64,000 nucleotides of DNA from contig JAUYKA010000033.1 of NCBI GenBank assembly GCA_030698495.1, positions 7,840-71,839 on the forward strand, read 5' to 3'. The position numbers were made by a program, and so were the translations under genes. The DNA comes from a bacterium. Its GTDB lineage: Bacteria > Patescibacteriota > Andersenbacteria > UBA10190. This document shows, one piece after another, positions 1 to 9,472 of the stretch. Position 1 is the stretch's first letter. Each line of letters starts with the position of its first letter. The notes under the pieces were generated by a model, which had not been told where the DNA came from, did not search any database, and saw nothing but the letters and a program-made list of their open reading frames with translations.

Positions 1-1005
1 AGAACCCGCTGCACCGCCGCAAGGATCATTCGAATCCGCCCCCAAATTACACGTATCAATATTCACCGAAGTCTCTACCGGATAACCGCAATTAGGTATC
101 CCATCCCCGAAATCACACCACGCACTACCGCAGCTCGGATCGGGATCACGCCCGATAACATGCGGCACGCAAAATTGAGGGTTGACTACATCAGGCAGCC
201 AGGCAATGACCTGACAGTTGTTGCGGGCAACGGATACCTGGCATATCTGACCCGCTCCACCACCCCCGCCACCGCCGGGCGGCTGGATATTAGGCACCGG
301 ATCCCCGAAGCCCGACCAGCCCGAATCGCACTCGCTGCTGCACGTCCAGCCGTCGGGCAGGTTCTCGTCCAGACAGGGCTCCACGCATTGTTCACTGCAA
401 CAAACATCCACCCCCGGACAATCACTGGAATCCGCGCAAGCCAGCGCGTCATCAGCCGAAATCCACCCCACTTGCACCGTTTGCTGCGTGGCCTTGGTGG
501 AAGGAATACTGACCGCCACTTCTCCCTGTTTATAGTCAGCCGTGGTTTCATCTAGCGTAGGCGTACTTTGAGCATGTGCTACCGACATCGGTAAGATTGG
601 CACGGTCTGCTTGGTCAGATAACCGTTCTCTTGATCATCCACCAGACTAATAATAGTGGTTACGGTATAAGTGACGTTATCACGAATAACATCCTCCGTA
701 CGCTGGATGATTCCGTCCGGCTCGCAGTAGTTATAGGTTATGCCGTTAGCTTCTTTATTCGCGCAATCGGCCGGCTCGGTATAGCCGACACTGTCATACG
801 GTAAAGCCCTGATGATTTCCGCTTTTTCGTTGGCAATGGCTTGCGCTTGCGCCAACAACTCATTATTAAACGCTGTTTTCGTACCTAGTGTAGCCAGACC
901 GACTACAGCCATAGTAAGAGTGGCCAGGACAAAAACGCCAATCAATAATTCTATTAAAGACATCCCCCTTTGCTCGAATAAAACCCGGCCAAGCTTGCTT
1001 GTCAT
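1..1005 (-). CDS. Type IV pilin/pseudopilin-like protein, 3' end runs off the window. N-terminus has a prepilin-type signal (leader MTSKLGRVLFEQRG | MSLIELLIGVFVLATL, Glu at +5). Cys-rich, Gly-rich C-terminal region.
   Basis: Own translation of the reverse strand from 1005 downward is open to position 1. The G/MxxxE prepilin cleavage motif and hydrophobic helix are classic class III signal features. An alternative internal ATG at 963 has a strong AAAGGGGG RBS. The C-terminus contains CCSEQC, CSSEC and a GGGGGGAG run. Confidence 0.6.
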   Translation of the reverse strand, partial: MTSKLGRVLFEQRGMSLIELLIGVFVLATLTMAVVGLATLGTKTAFNNELLAQAQAIANEKAEIIRALPYDSVGYTEPADCANKEANGITYNYCEPDGIIQRTEDVIRDNVTYTVTTIISLVDDQENGYLTKQTVPILPMSVAHAQSTPTLDETTADYKQGEVAVSIPSTKATQQTVQVGWISADDALACADSSDCPGVDVCCSEQCVEPCLDENLPDGWTCSSECDSGWSGFGDPVPNIQPPGGGGGGGAGQICQVSVARNNCQVIAWLPDVVNPQFCVPHVIGRDPDPSCGSAWCDFGDGIPNCGYPVETSVNIDTCNLGADSNDPCGGAAGS

Positions 1006-1048
1006 AGATTACGGCGGCATTAATATCGTTATTATACTGTATATCTTT

Positions 1049-1092
1049 ATATATATAAAAAAGTCCCAAGAGGTTTTTCTGCCTCTTGGGAC
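1049..1092 (-). terminator. Rho-independent terminator downstream of the 1100..2086 gene.
   Basis: Stem cccaagagg/cctcttggg followed on the minus strand by the run TTTTTTATATAT. Confidence 0.6.
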
Positions 1093-1099
1093 TAACATA

Positions 1100-2086
1100 C
1101 TACTCCTTAACAGCCACCTTCGGACTGCGACTCGCGGTTCTGGTAGTTTCCATCCTGACCGCAATGCAAGTTAGCGGATCTCCTTTCCAAACGAACAGCG
1201 GCACGAAGGTTCGTCTCTTCAGATCAACCAAGTGGAGATACGACCCTTCCTTGTGCTTGAAAGCCACGATGAAGTTTGTACCGCAAGGGGTAAGAAGACC
1301 ATCGTAAGACAGACGCTGACCTCGTCCGCAGTAGATGGTCATAACTTCTTTCGTGCCCTCAAACACATGTACGGCTTCCTTGCCGTCCTTCTGGTTTGGT
1401 CCGTACATATTCATGTGCTTTATCTGCGTGGCCGCCCAGCGATTCGTGCCGCGAATTGACGCCACGCTGCCGTCCCGCTCCAGCAACCTCTTGCGTTCAC
1501 GGGAAGCCGTGCCATCACCCAGCTTGACTGCATACACGCCGGGACGCGGGTACTCTGTCGCCACTAGCAGCAGTTCGTTGGTAATGGCAATGCTGATATG
1601 CTGATAAACTGTCCCGTCGCCACCCCGATTGGCAAAGTATTTGCGCGTCTTGCCATCGGCGGTCATCCCGGCCACGTAATCAGTCGTACCGTCCGCCATG
1701 AACACCTCGAAGGGATTTTCTCTGATCGCCATACTGCACGGGTCAGCCACGAAATTCCTGTCAAAGGAGAAAGTATACACCTCTCCTTCTTCGTTGATGC
1801 CGACCAACTGTCCTGTCTTGGGCAGCGAAGCCACCTTGCTGGTATTGGGAATGGCTACAAGCACCTCTCTGCCAGACACGCCAATAGCTGCCGGCACCCC
1901 CTCCAGCTTCACCTCTCGCAGCACGTTTCCTTTCCAGTCAGTGGTGTATAGCTTGCCGTAACCGATAACCGGATGCTTGATCCTCTCACCACACCCCAGA
2001 TACAGCAGCGTCTCCGAGTTGTCTTCGGCTCCCACCGCCACGGCGCAAGCCGCTAGTGTCAGCACCACCAAGATGAACCGTCTCAT
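1100..2086 (-). CDS. Secreted hypothetical protein with an N-terminal signal peptide.
   Basis: 328-aa ORF. N-terminus MRRFILVVLTLAACAVAVGA is signal-peptide-like. No motif recognised. Confidence 0.5.
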   Translation of the reverse strand: MRRFILVVLTLAACAVAVGAEDNSETLLYLGCGERIKHPVIGYGKLYTTDWKGNVLREVKLEGVPAAIGVSGREVLVAIPNTSKVASLPKTGQLVGINEEGEVYTFSFDRNFVADPCSMAIRENPFEVFMADGTTDYVAGMTADGKTRKYFANRGGDGTVYQHISIAITNELLLVATEYPRPGVYAVKLGDGTASRERKRLLERDGSVASIRGTNRWAATQIKHMNMYGPNQKDGKEAVHVFEGTKEVMTIYCGRGQRLSYDGLLTPCGTNFIVAFKHKEGSYLHLVDLKRRTFVPLFVWKGDPLTCIAVRMETTRTASRSPKVAVKE

Positions 2087-2213
2087 GGCTTTCTCCTCGT
2101 TCGTATTGTATTTGATTGTGGAAAAAACCGTCCTTGGAATCTACACCCCTACTATTTAGATAAAAATCAAATTTGTCAAGTGCCATTTTGTCAACTGTAA
2201 GTGTTAAATATTG

Positions 2214-2246
2214 ATCACGGGATTTTTGCTGGCGGTGCGGGGATAG
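2214..2246 (+). repeat. Short (33 bp) copy of the 68-bp repeat family (gatcacgggatttTgctggcggtgcgggg).
   Basis: Matches the 3' half of the elements at 16088-16163 and 22282-22355, with one extra T. Confidence 0.6.
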
Positions 2247-2257
2247 GGGCTATATAG

Positions 2258-2605
2258 TTATTTCCGTGAGTCAATTTGTTTGGCGGTAATATGGGCTTCT
2301 TTTTCTTGGTGAGTCATGTTTTTCACTTCATTTTCGTATTTTAGGTGAGTAATTTCGTGTTCAATTACCTGTTCCAGAAATTGCGGTGTTGCTTTTCGGG
2401 GACAAATATATATTTTATTGGGTAAGTAATAGCTACCCCATACTCCCCCGCTAATCCAGTAACAATCAATGTCTTCCGGAAACTGGTGTTTGATGGCAGG
2501 TTGTTTTAACACTAACCAGTTAAAAGCTATTTTTATTGTCTGCCAAGGATTAGGCCAAAATATCGCCAATTTTTGTTGTTTGTGCCAGCGTAAATGAAGC
2601 AACAA
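2258..2605 (-). CDS. Small HExxH zinc-metallopeptidase-like protein (HEITH motif; SprT/WLM/ImmA-like). The 5' end is embedded in repeat element B and has no ATG start (first in-frame start is TTG).
   Basis: 115-aa ORF containing ...ICPRKATPQFLEQVIEHEITHLK. The first 7 codons (LLLHLRW) lie inside the duplicated element. Confidence 0.4.
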   Translation of the reverse strand: MLLHLRWHKQQKLAIFWPNPWQTIKIAFNWLVLKQPAIKHQFPEDIDCYWISGGVWGSYYLPNKIYICPRKATPQFLEQVIEHEITHLKYENEVKNMTHQEKEAHITAKQIDSRK

Positions 2606-2830
2606 ATCCAGTTGTGTTTTTATATCTATGAAAAAATTGTAATGGTATTTAATCGTGCATTAAATGATAAAAGATTATTAAAGAAAAAACACGACATCCT
2701 TGTCGTGCTTGGGGGCGTTGGTGCACCGTGGCGCGTCCTTGCCGCGACATGGCGGAGGGGGACATTGGCACTTGCCGACGATCTTACCGTTCGTGATTCC
2801 TCTGGGTCGATTCGGTTTGTTTTAATTGAA
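2583..2830 (+). repeat. Repeat element B, copy 1 (about 250 bp, near-identical to 24420-24670). Contains an internal hairpin cacgaca-tcctt-tgtcgtg preceded by A6.
   Basis: Direct sequence comparison shows only 3 substitutions over about 250 bp. Confidence 0.8.
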
Positions 2831-2896
2831 TTTCAGTATACGTTCTTTTTAACTGCTGCTGGAGCCGTTATTGCGGGTGCTCTAGAAATAATTTTA

Positions 2897-3586
2897 TCAA
2901 TCAATGCTATTCAGATTCAAAGACTTAATGAAATCAGTTTCTGCTTTTGAAAGCTTAATCTTAAACACTTGTTGGAATGTTTTATCAAAATTTGGTGGGT
3001 AATAAATCCGATCGAGCTTCTTTAACAACGTTAAAAGCGTTTTGATGGAATAGCGTTTGATTAGGAAGTATACAAACAAACAGGCATACTTATAGGCTTC
3101 ATAATTCGCGTGCTTATCCCAGCCCTGTTGGGTGGAGATTTTCTCATAAAAACTCTTCTCAATATAGTAGTTAGCACTTGATGAGTAGTCTTGAACTTGG
3201 CCCGCTAAATACATAGCTAACCCCTCGTTAAGCCATAAAGGCACTGTCTTGCCTCTTGCCGGATGAGAAATGAAAATATGGGCGATCTCATGCTTTAATA
3301 TCGAAGTGAATTCAGCTCGGTTATGAGTACTATACTTTTCCATCGCATCTGGATGAAAAATATTTAATGTATTTTCTTGAGAAATGTTGCCCACTTCCCA
3401 TTCCTGGGTATGTCTCCCCAGTTGTTTATCAAAACTTTTTCGTGAAAAGTGTAGTCGAATAGTCATGGGTGCGTTGAGCTTAGTCTCAAATAGCTTTTGA
3501 AAATTTTTCGTAATAGAAAAAACTTCTTGCTCAAGAAGGTGCTTCTCTTCTCTGTTTCTAAATCCTAATATAGTTGTCTGTTGCAT
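2897..3586 (-). CDS. Peptidase MA-like (gluzincin) domain protein: HEIAH ... NEGLAMY.
   Basis: HExxH followed about 17 aa later by NExxAxY, the layout typical of the Peptidase_MA_2 family. Confidence 0.6.
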   Translation of the reverse strand: MQQTTILGFRNREEKHLLEQEVFSITKNFQKLFETKLNAPMTIRLHFSRKSFDKQLGRHTQEWEVGNISQENTLNIFHPDAMEKYSTHNRAEFTSILKHEIAHIFISHPARGKTVPLWLNEGLAMYLAGQVQDYSSSANYYIEKSFYEKISTQQGWDKHANYEAYKYACLFVYFLIKRYSIKTLLTLLKKLDRIYYPPNFDKTFQQVFKIKLSKAETDFIKSLNLNSID

Positions 3587-3766
3587 GAATTTGACTAAAT
3601 GAAAAGTGGTAAGGGCTACACACCTTTACCACTAAATCACACATCTGTCTGAAACACCAGTTACTTGTTGCAGCCAGTGTTTTGACATGATACGCACTGA
3701 CACGACTTGCAGCTTCGGCCTATCGCATCGTCCACGATCCTGGCAGGAGTGTTTGATTTACTCCTG

Positions 3767-4077
3767 TCATAGGCACGGTTCAATACCACGCTGGAATTCG
3801 TAAAGAACTCCTTCAGGGTTAACTTTGCCAAAGTTAGTAAAGACAATGACCGGAATTTTCTTGGTTTCTTCCTTATCTTCAATTCGCGCAGCACGTCTAA
3901 GCCGCTACGGTCTTATCAAGCAAGATAGCTTTAGGCTGTTTTTCGACTGTCTGCTTCACGCCTTCGTCGTCAGTTGAAACTGCCACTACCTCAAAACCCT
4001 TGCCTTGGAACTCCACCGTATACATTAGTATCTGGTCTGGATCGTCTTCGATGATAAGGATGAGGGGTTTATTGGGT
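3767..4077 (-). pseudogene. Frameshifted CheY-like response-regulator receiver domain.
   Basis: Three reading frames each carry a consecutive part of a receiver domain: KPLILIIEDDPDQILMYTVEFQGKGFEVVAVSTDDEGVKQTVEKQPKAILLD, then DVLRELK, then IEDKEETKKIPVIVFTNFGKVNPEGVLYEFQRGIEPCL. There are two frame changes within about 60 bp, and no in-frame ATG. Confidence 0.55.
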
Positions 4078-4177
4078 ATAGGTTCTTACCAATTTAGTGT
4101 AAACCGACTTGATTTTTACCGCAATTTACTTCAACTAACTTCATACAGCTCACAAAACACGATTATTAACTTATTAT

Positions 4178-4633
4178 CTAGATTTTACTTCTATAATCCT
4201 CGATTGCCGCTCTTAAAGCTTGATCGCCAAGCACACTGCAATGCACCTTTATTGCAGGCAACCCTCCCAAGCGAGACAAAATGCCCACAGGCCTTAACAT
4301 AAGAGCGTCGTCAATGTGCATACCTCCTTTTTCGGTCACAATAACACTCATCATGCTCGTACTAGCAATAGCCGATGCGCAACCAAATGTCTTCCACTTA
4401 CATTCGGCGATACGATTTTCCCTTACTACAATCCACACCTTCATAACGTCACCGCATTGCGGTGAACCGACTTGTCCTACACCTGAAGCCCGCCTAGCAA
4501 AATCATGCTCATCTTTGTCATTTGTAATGATATTCTGAGGATTGAAAAAATGAGATTTAACGGTATCCGTGTAAAACCAATCGAGACCATCTTCTGCGGC
4601 AGAGTTAACACTCATAAAACTTTTCTCTCTCAA
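4178..4633 (-). CDS. iscU: Fe-S cluster assembly scaffold, NifU/IscU-like.
   Basis: Conserved Cys-containing scaffold motifs (GSPQCGD, GCASAIAS, HCSVL). ATGA start/stop overlap with the upstream cysteine desulfurase. Confidence 0.8.
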   Translation of the reverse strand: MREKSFMSVNSAAEDGLDWFYTDTVKSHFFNPQNIITNDKDEHDFARRASGVGQVGSPQCGDVMKVWIVVRENRIAECKWKTFGCASAIASTSMMSVIVTEKGGMHIDDALMLRPVGILSRLGGLPAIKVHCSVLGDQALRAAIEDYRSKI

Positions 4634-5820
4634 ACATAAACATCCTTCAACTTAATATTTATAGGCGACATCTGACGCAACTTTTCTACGATACTCGGCA
4701 GTTTAGCTAGCAGGAAATCAAGGTGCTGTTGTTTGGTAAAACGACCTAGTGTAAATCGTATACTACCATGCACAGCGTCGCCGGAGACCCCTATGGCTGT
4801 TAAGACATGTGATGGTTTTAGTTTTTTGGAATTACACGCACTGCCTGTCGCAGCATATATTCCCAATTCATTCAGATGCAGTATAAGCGCTTCACCCTCA
4901 ATATCGAGAAAGGTAATATTCACGTTGTTAGGTAGCCTCTGTTTTACGTCTCCATTCAAAATAGTTTTTGGAATAGTCCGTATAACATCTTTAACAAGGT
5001 AATCTCTGAGAGTAGAGAGACGCTCATTTTCAGATGCACAATCAGCTTGCGCGATTTCAAGCGCTTTTGCTAATCCCACTATTCCGGCCACATTTTCCGT
5101 TCCACTACGAATCCCTCTTTCTTGGCCTCCCCCATGAAATATCGGCTGCAAAACAACTCCATTGCGAACATACAATAAACCAATACCCTTCGGTCCATAA
5201 ATCTTACTGCCATTAAGCGTCAGAAGATCAACCTGCAAGGTATTAACATTCAAATCGAGTACCCCGGCAGCTTGACAGGCATCGGTATGAAATAGAATTC
5301 TCCGTTTATGACATATCGCTCCAATTTCAGCGATGGGTTGGATTGTGCCAATCTCATTATTTGCATACATAACCGAAACTAGAATAGTGTCTGGTCGTAG
5401 GGCGGCCCTTATATCCTGCACATTAACTAAGCCACGCTGATCTGGTTTTATATACGTCACTTCAAAATTATTATGTTCCAAAAAACGGCATGTTTCTAAA
5501 ACAGAGACGTGCTCAATCGCTGTGGTAATGATGTGTCCGCTCATTTTTTGACGAGCTACCCCTTGCAAAGCCAAGTTAATACTTTCTGTGCCGCCGCTTG
5601 TAAACACTATTTCACTTAATTGGCACCGTAATATTGTAGCAATTGTTTCTCGTGCCTTCGTGATTGCTCGATAAGCTTCTAGCCCCTTAAAATGCAAGCT
5701 ACCCGGATTGCCATAAAAGACGTTTTCAAGAGGTCGTATAGCGTCTTGCACTTCAGGGTGCAACGGCGTAGCAGCGGCATAGTCTAGATATATATCTTCC
5801 ACATAACTACCATATACCAA
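4630..5820 (-). CDS. iscS: Cysteine desulfurase (IscS/NifS family, PLP-dependent).
   Basis: Aminotransferase class V motifs and the active-site region ATGSACNS. Operon partner of iscU. Confidence 0.85.
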   Translation of the reverse strand: MVYGSYVEDIYLDYAAATPLHPEVQDAIRPLENVFYGNPGSLHFKGLEAYRAITKARETIATILRCQLSEIVFTSGGTESINLALQGVARQKMSGHIITTAIEHVSVLETCRFLEHNNFEVTYIKPDQRGLVNVQDIRAALRPDTILVSVMYANNEIGTIQPIAEIGAICHKRRILFHTDACQAAGVLDLNVNTLQVDLLTLNGSKIYGPKGIGLLYVRNGVVLQPIFHGGGQERGIRSGTENVAGIVGLAKALEIAQADCASENERLSTLRDYLVKDVIRTIPKTILNGDVKQRLPNNVNITFLDIEGEALILHLNELGIYAATGSACNSKKLKPSHVLTAIGVSGDAVHGSIRFTLGRFTKQQHLDFLLAKLPSIVEKLRQMSPINIKLKDVYV

Positions 5821-5886
5821 GTTGCCAACAAGGCAAACGCTTGATTACGATGGTATTATATTTTGATTAATATCGTAGATATAAGG

Positions 5887-6624
5887 ATGTTTAAGCCACC
5901 ACGCCCCAAAATAGGCATCGCCAGCCAAATAACCTCAATTGAAAAGCACGGCAATCTTTTGTTCGTCGTTATAAAAAAGCCAGAAGGCTTTTCCTTTCTG
6001 GCCGGACAATACGTTACTCTTCGACTACCTTCGCTTGAGGGTAAAAGCGAGGGCGTTTGTGCTAGAGCTATGTCATTAGCATCTGCTCCGCACGAGAACG
6101 ACTTAGTCATTGCTATGCAATTAAGCGATTCATTATATAAACAAGAAATGCAAAAACTGTCTGATGGAGATTTAGTTGAAATAGATGGACCATTCGGCTA
6201 CTTCACGATGCATGAGACGCTCGAACCAGCTATATTTCTAGCCGGCGGAATAGGTATCGCCCCTTTTCGGTCTCTCCTGCTCGCAGAAAAAGCAAATGGC
6301 TGGCCGCATGACATTACTTTGTTTTACTCCGTCGGTCATCTTGAGAACGCCGCTTTTTTATCCGAACTCGCTTTATTACAGAATAACCGATTCCGGATAA
6401 TAGTTACCGTAACCCGTTCTCGAATAAATGAGAAATTCGGAGTCACTATGGAAAGCGGCCGAATTTGCACTGCCATGATACAAAAATACGTGTCAAATTT
6501 ACCGGATAATTTTTGTTATATTGTTGGGGCACCCTTGATGGTATCTGATATATATTGCCAATTGTGCGAATCAGACATTGATCCGCGTAAAATAATGACG
6601 GAGCTATTTACTGGATACGAATAA
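5887..6624 (+). CDS. Ferredoxin-NADP reductase-like FAD/NAD(P)-binding oxidoreductase.
   Basis: FAD-binding RxYS-like motif (RAMSLAS) and NAD-binding GGxGxxP (LAGGIGIAPF). Start assigned to the ATG with AAGGA RBS at 5887; the track ORF begins at a TTG at 5863. Confidence 0.6.
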   Translation: MFKPPRPKIGIASQITSIEKHGNLLFVVIKKPEGFSFLAGQYVTLRLPSLEGKSEGVCARAMSLASAPHENDLVIAMQLSDSLYKQEMQKLSDGDLVEIDGPFGYFTMHETLEPAIFLAGGIGIAPFRSLLLAEKANGWPHDITLFYSVGHLENAAFLSELALLQNNRFRIIVTVTRSRINEKFGVTMESGRICTAMIQKYVSNLPDNFCYIVGAPLMVSDIYCQLCESDIDPRKIMTELFTGYE

Positions 6625-6694
6625 TTAACTTAACAATTAGCAACATGCTTCACTAACCCAATACAACGCTATACTACGACACGCATGTAAGTCT

Positions 6695-8563
6695 CTACAT
6701 CTTCTCCGGAACGGCGATACTTAATAAAGCTAGTCCCTTTTTTATCACAAGAGCAACACCGTTGCTCAAAGCCAACCTTGATTCGCGCAACTGCTTGTCT
6801 TCGGTTTTTAGAATCGAAATCTCCCCATAAAAAGCGTTGAATAATTGAGATAATTCCTCTAGGTAAACACAAATTAGGTGAGGAGAGTTGGCTTGCTGAG
6901 CCCTAAGAACAGCCTCAGGAAATAACGCTAATTTTCTAGCCAGATCAAATTCGCTCCGATTTGTGAACGAGAATAATTGCTTAGCCAGGTTATTAAAATT
7001 GATTTGGCCATAGACCTCAACGAACTTCTTAAGCATCGAATTAATGCGGACGTAGGAGTATTGCAGGTAAACCGCACTTTTGCTCTCAAAGTCCAGCATC
7101 TTCTCCCAATCAAACGAGATGTTTTGCATCCTGGATTGATGCAGGTCGTTATAAACAATAGCCCCAATCCCGACTATCTCCGAAATCTTTTCTAACTCTC
7201 CTGGGTCTAAATCTGGATTTTTTTGCAGTAATATTTCCTTGGATTTTTGCACGGACTGGGACATCAGGTCTTCCAGCTCAATGACAGTACCCTGCCTAGT
7301 AGACATCTTTTTACCGTCACGCAACACCATGCCAAACCCAATATGTTTAGCTGTGACATTATCCGGCAAATATCCGGCGCGCCGACTTAACTCAAAAAGT
7401 TGCTGGAAGTTAAGACTTTGCTCATTACCAACCACATAGAGAATAACATCTGGTTGGAAGGTCTTAATCCTGAACCGGAGCGTGGCTAAATCGCGGGTTA
7501 AATAAAGACTAGATCCGTCTTGCTTTCTTAAAAGGAAAGATGGAATACCGCCCATCTGATCCACCACCACCGCAGCGGACGCCTCATCTTTTCTAGCCAA
7601 GCCTTTGGCCAGATATTCATCCACGATCCTATCTGCTTGCTCAACGAAGTAGCTTTCACCGATATTGGTGTCGAATTTGATGCCCAAACGGTGATAGATC
7701 CGCTCAAAATCTTTGATGCTCAAATCCCGAAACCGCTTCCATAGTGCGACTAGTTTAGGGTCTTTCTTCTCTAGTCTTGCGAATAACTCGCGAGCCTTGT
7801 CCTTCACTTCCGGATGTTCTTCGGCAAAATAGTGAAATTGAACATATAAATTTTTGAGCTCTTTGATGGGATTCTCTGCTACTTTTTTTTCGTCACCCCA
7901 CTGCTGGTAAGCGTAAATGAGGGAACCGAATTGCGTTCCCCAATCGCCCAAGTGGTTGTCTCTGATTACACTGTAACCGGTTGCGTGATAAATCTTGGCC
8001 AGGGCTTGCCCGATGATGGTGGATCGCAAGTGGCCAACCCCCAACGGTTTAGCTATATTGGGCGCAGAATAATCTATTAGAGCGACTAGACCAGCATTTA
8101 CATTGCTCTCTCCATAATGGTCGCCTAGTTCAAAAATATTGGCCAGAATGTTTTGATAAAAGATCTTCTGACGCACTTCAAGATTTACAAACGCTCCCAC
8201 AACTGAGGCTTTTTCAATAAAGATTGTCTGGTCTTCGCCAATACCCTTAGCAATTTTATTTGCCAGTACATTTGGATTCTCTCTGAGCTGCTTAGCTAGA
8301 CCAAATCCCCCTAATGCAAAGTCGCCAGGTATATGTGGCGGCGGTACTGATAGTTCTATTTCTGCCATCTCATGGATACCTGTTACTTCTTGCACGACCC
8401 TCCTTACTTCTTTTTTGAGTTGCTCAAGTGGATAGCTGGAAAAATCGATATATTTCCGATTTTCTTTTTCTGCCTGAAGATTTTTATCCACAACGTCAAC
8501 AGCTTGAGCCAATTCCAATCTGTATTGTTCAAACTCGTCCTGGTTGCTATCTTTTGTGTTCAT
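6695..8563 (-). CDS. argS: Arginyl-tRNA synthetase.
   Basis: Class I HIGH-region (SAPNIAKPLGVGHLRS), ArgRS-typical HLGDWGTQFG motif, 622 aa. Confidence 0.85.
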   Translation of the reverse strand: MNTKDSNQDEFEQYRLELAQAVDVVDKNLQAEKENRKYIDFSSYPLEQLKKEVRRVVQEVTGIHEMAEIELSVPPPHIPGDFALGGFGLAKQLRENPNVLANKIAKGIGEDQTIFIEKASVVGAFVNLEVRQKIFYQNILANIFELGDHYGESNVNAGLVALIDYSAPNIAKPLGVGHLRSTIIGQALAKIYHATGYSVIRDNHLGDWGTQFGSLIYAYQQWGDEKKVAENPIKELKNLYVQFHYFAEEHPEVKDKARELFARLEKKDPKLVALWKRFRDLSIKDFERIYHRLGIKFDTNIGESYFVEQADRIVDEYLAKGLARKDEASAAVVVDQMGGIPSFLLRKQDGSSLYLTRDLATLRFRIKTFQPDVILYVVGNEQSLNFQQLFELSRRAGYLPDNVTAKHIGFGMVLRDGKKMSTRQGTVIELEDLMSQSVQKSKEILLQKNPDLDPGELEKISEIVGIGAIVYNDLHQSRMQNISFDWEKMLDFESKSAVYLQYSYVRINSMLKKFVEVYGQINFNNLAKQLFSFTNRSEFDLARKLALFPEAVLRAQQANSPHLICVYLEELSQLFNAFYGEISILKTEDKQLRESRLALSNGVALVIKKGLALLSIAVPEKM

Positions 8564-8692
8564 GTCAACCTTTATATTACGACATTCTAAATGCTACCAC
8601 ATTATATACAACACCAATAAAGGTCAACGTGACGCAGTTCCTACCCGCCATTGCACCCGCCTTCTAGGAGATCCTCTATTAAAATATTCAGA

Positions 8693-9472
8693 TTACTTAT
8701 TGCTATATGTCCTTATCATATCTTGTGCGATTTTGATTTTTAAATTCTTATCTCTTTTATAGAATATGGAGCCTTTTGCTTGCTTTTCATCGCAATGCCT
8801 AACTTTTACCGCCCAGTTTTCGAAAAAAGCGATAGGAATGTTATTCTTAACAAATTCATTTGAAATAACATCCTCATAATTGCAATCATCTGTATACTTG
8901 GAAAAATTATAGATTCCATTGCTATGTGCAAAATCTAAAAACCTTTGATTGTGATAAACCAAAAAATGAGATGACACTCTATTAACGTCCCTAACATTTT
9001 TTTCTAGCGGACGACCAATATCTTCCAACTTCCACACCCAACAATCATAATCAATTACACTGGAAATTAAACATGTTTCTGGATGTCTATCAAAAAAAGC
9101 AGATATCTCCCCCAAGGCGTCATAATCATTTTTTTCCAAAACCGCAATAACATCACTTTCAATCTCTATCGTGTAGTCGCTTTTACCAGAAAGAGCATGA
9201 AAGTGAGCATTATTAGACGGATCTCCAGGACAAATAAAGTTCTTGTTCGCTTTATTTCGTATCCTTACTTCGTCAATATTGAGTTTGTCACGAAAGTGAA
9301 TAATTTGTTCTATAGAGCTGTCGGTTGCTCCGTCAACTTGCGCAATGACTTCGTATTTACAGCTTGAATTTTTAGTTAATGCATCTACGCTGATAGGCAA
9401 TGTTATATTCCAAAGATCAAGCTCATTTGCCACAATGGATATTATTTGAAATTTTGGTCGGTCATTCAACAT
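8693..9472 (-). CDS. GT2-like glycosyltransferase (GT-A fold), last gene of the AT-rich operon.
   Basis: N-terminal IISIV...EVIAQVDGATDSS resembles the DxD/DGSTD region of family-2 glycosyltransferases. Very low GC. Confidence 0.4.
   Translation of the reverse strand: MLNDRPKFQIISIVANELDLWNITLPISVDALTKNSSCKYEVIAQVDGATDSSIEQIIHFRDKLNIDEVRIRNKANKNFICPGDPSNNAHFHALSGKSDYTIEIESDVIAVLEKNDYDALGEISAFFDRHPETCLISSVIDYDCWVWKLEDIGRPLEKNVRDVNRVSSHFLVYHNQRFLDFAHSNGIYNFSKYTDDCNYEDVISNEFVKNNIPIAFFENWAVKVRHCDEKQAKGSIFYKRDKNLKIKIAQDMIRTYSNK

Noticed and set aside
2690-2830. Possibility that element B is a tmRNA, RNase P or SRP RNA.
   Set aside because: GGGGGCG superficially resembles a tmRNA 5' end. However, no GGATTCGAC / tRNA-like T-arm-CCA 3' end, no RNase P P4 motifs and no SRP GGAA tetraloop region were found.
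2594-2950. Plus-strand ORFs MKQQIQLCFYIYEK… (2594..2950 and 24434..24688) encoded by repeat element B.
   Set aside because: They are conserved only because the DNA repeat is conserved. The two ORFs diverge immediately after the repeat ends, and they contain a terminator-like hairpin. Treated as non-coding until shown otherwise.
3661-3894. 77-aa Cys-rich ORF (…CKSCQCVSCQNTGCNK).
   Set aside because: It is simply the third frame read through the 3' end of the frameshifted response-regulator pseudogene.
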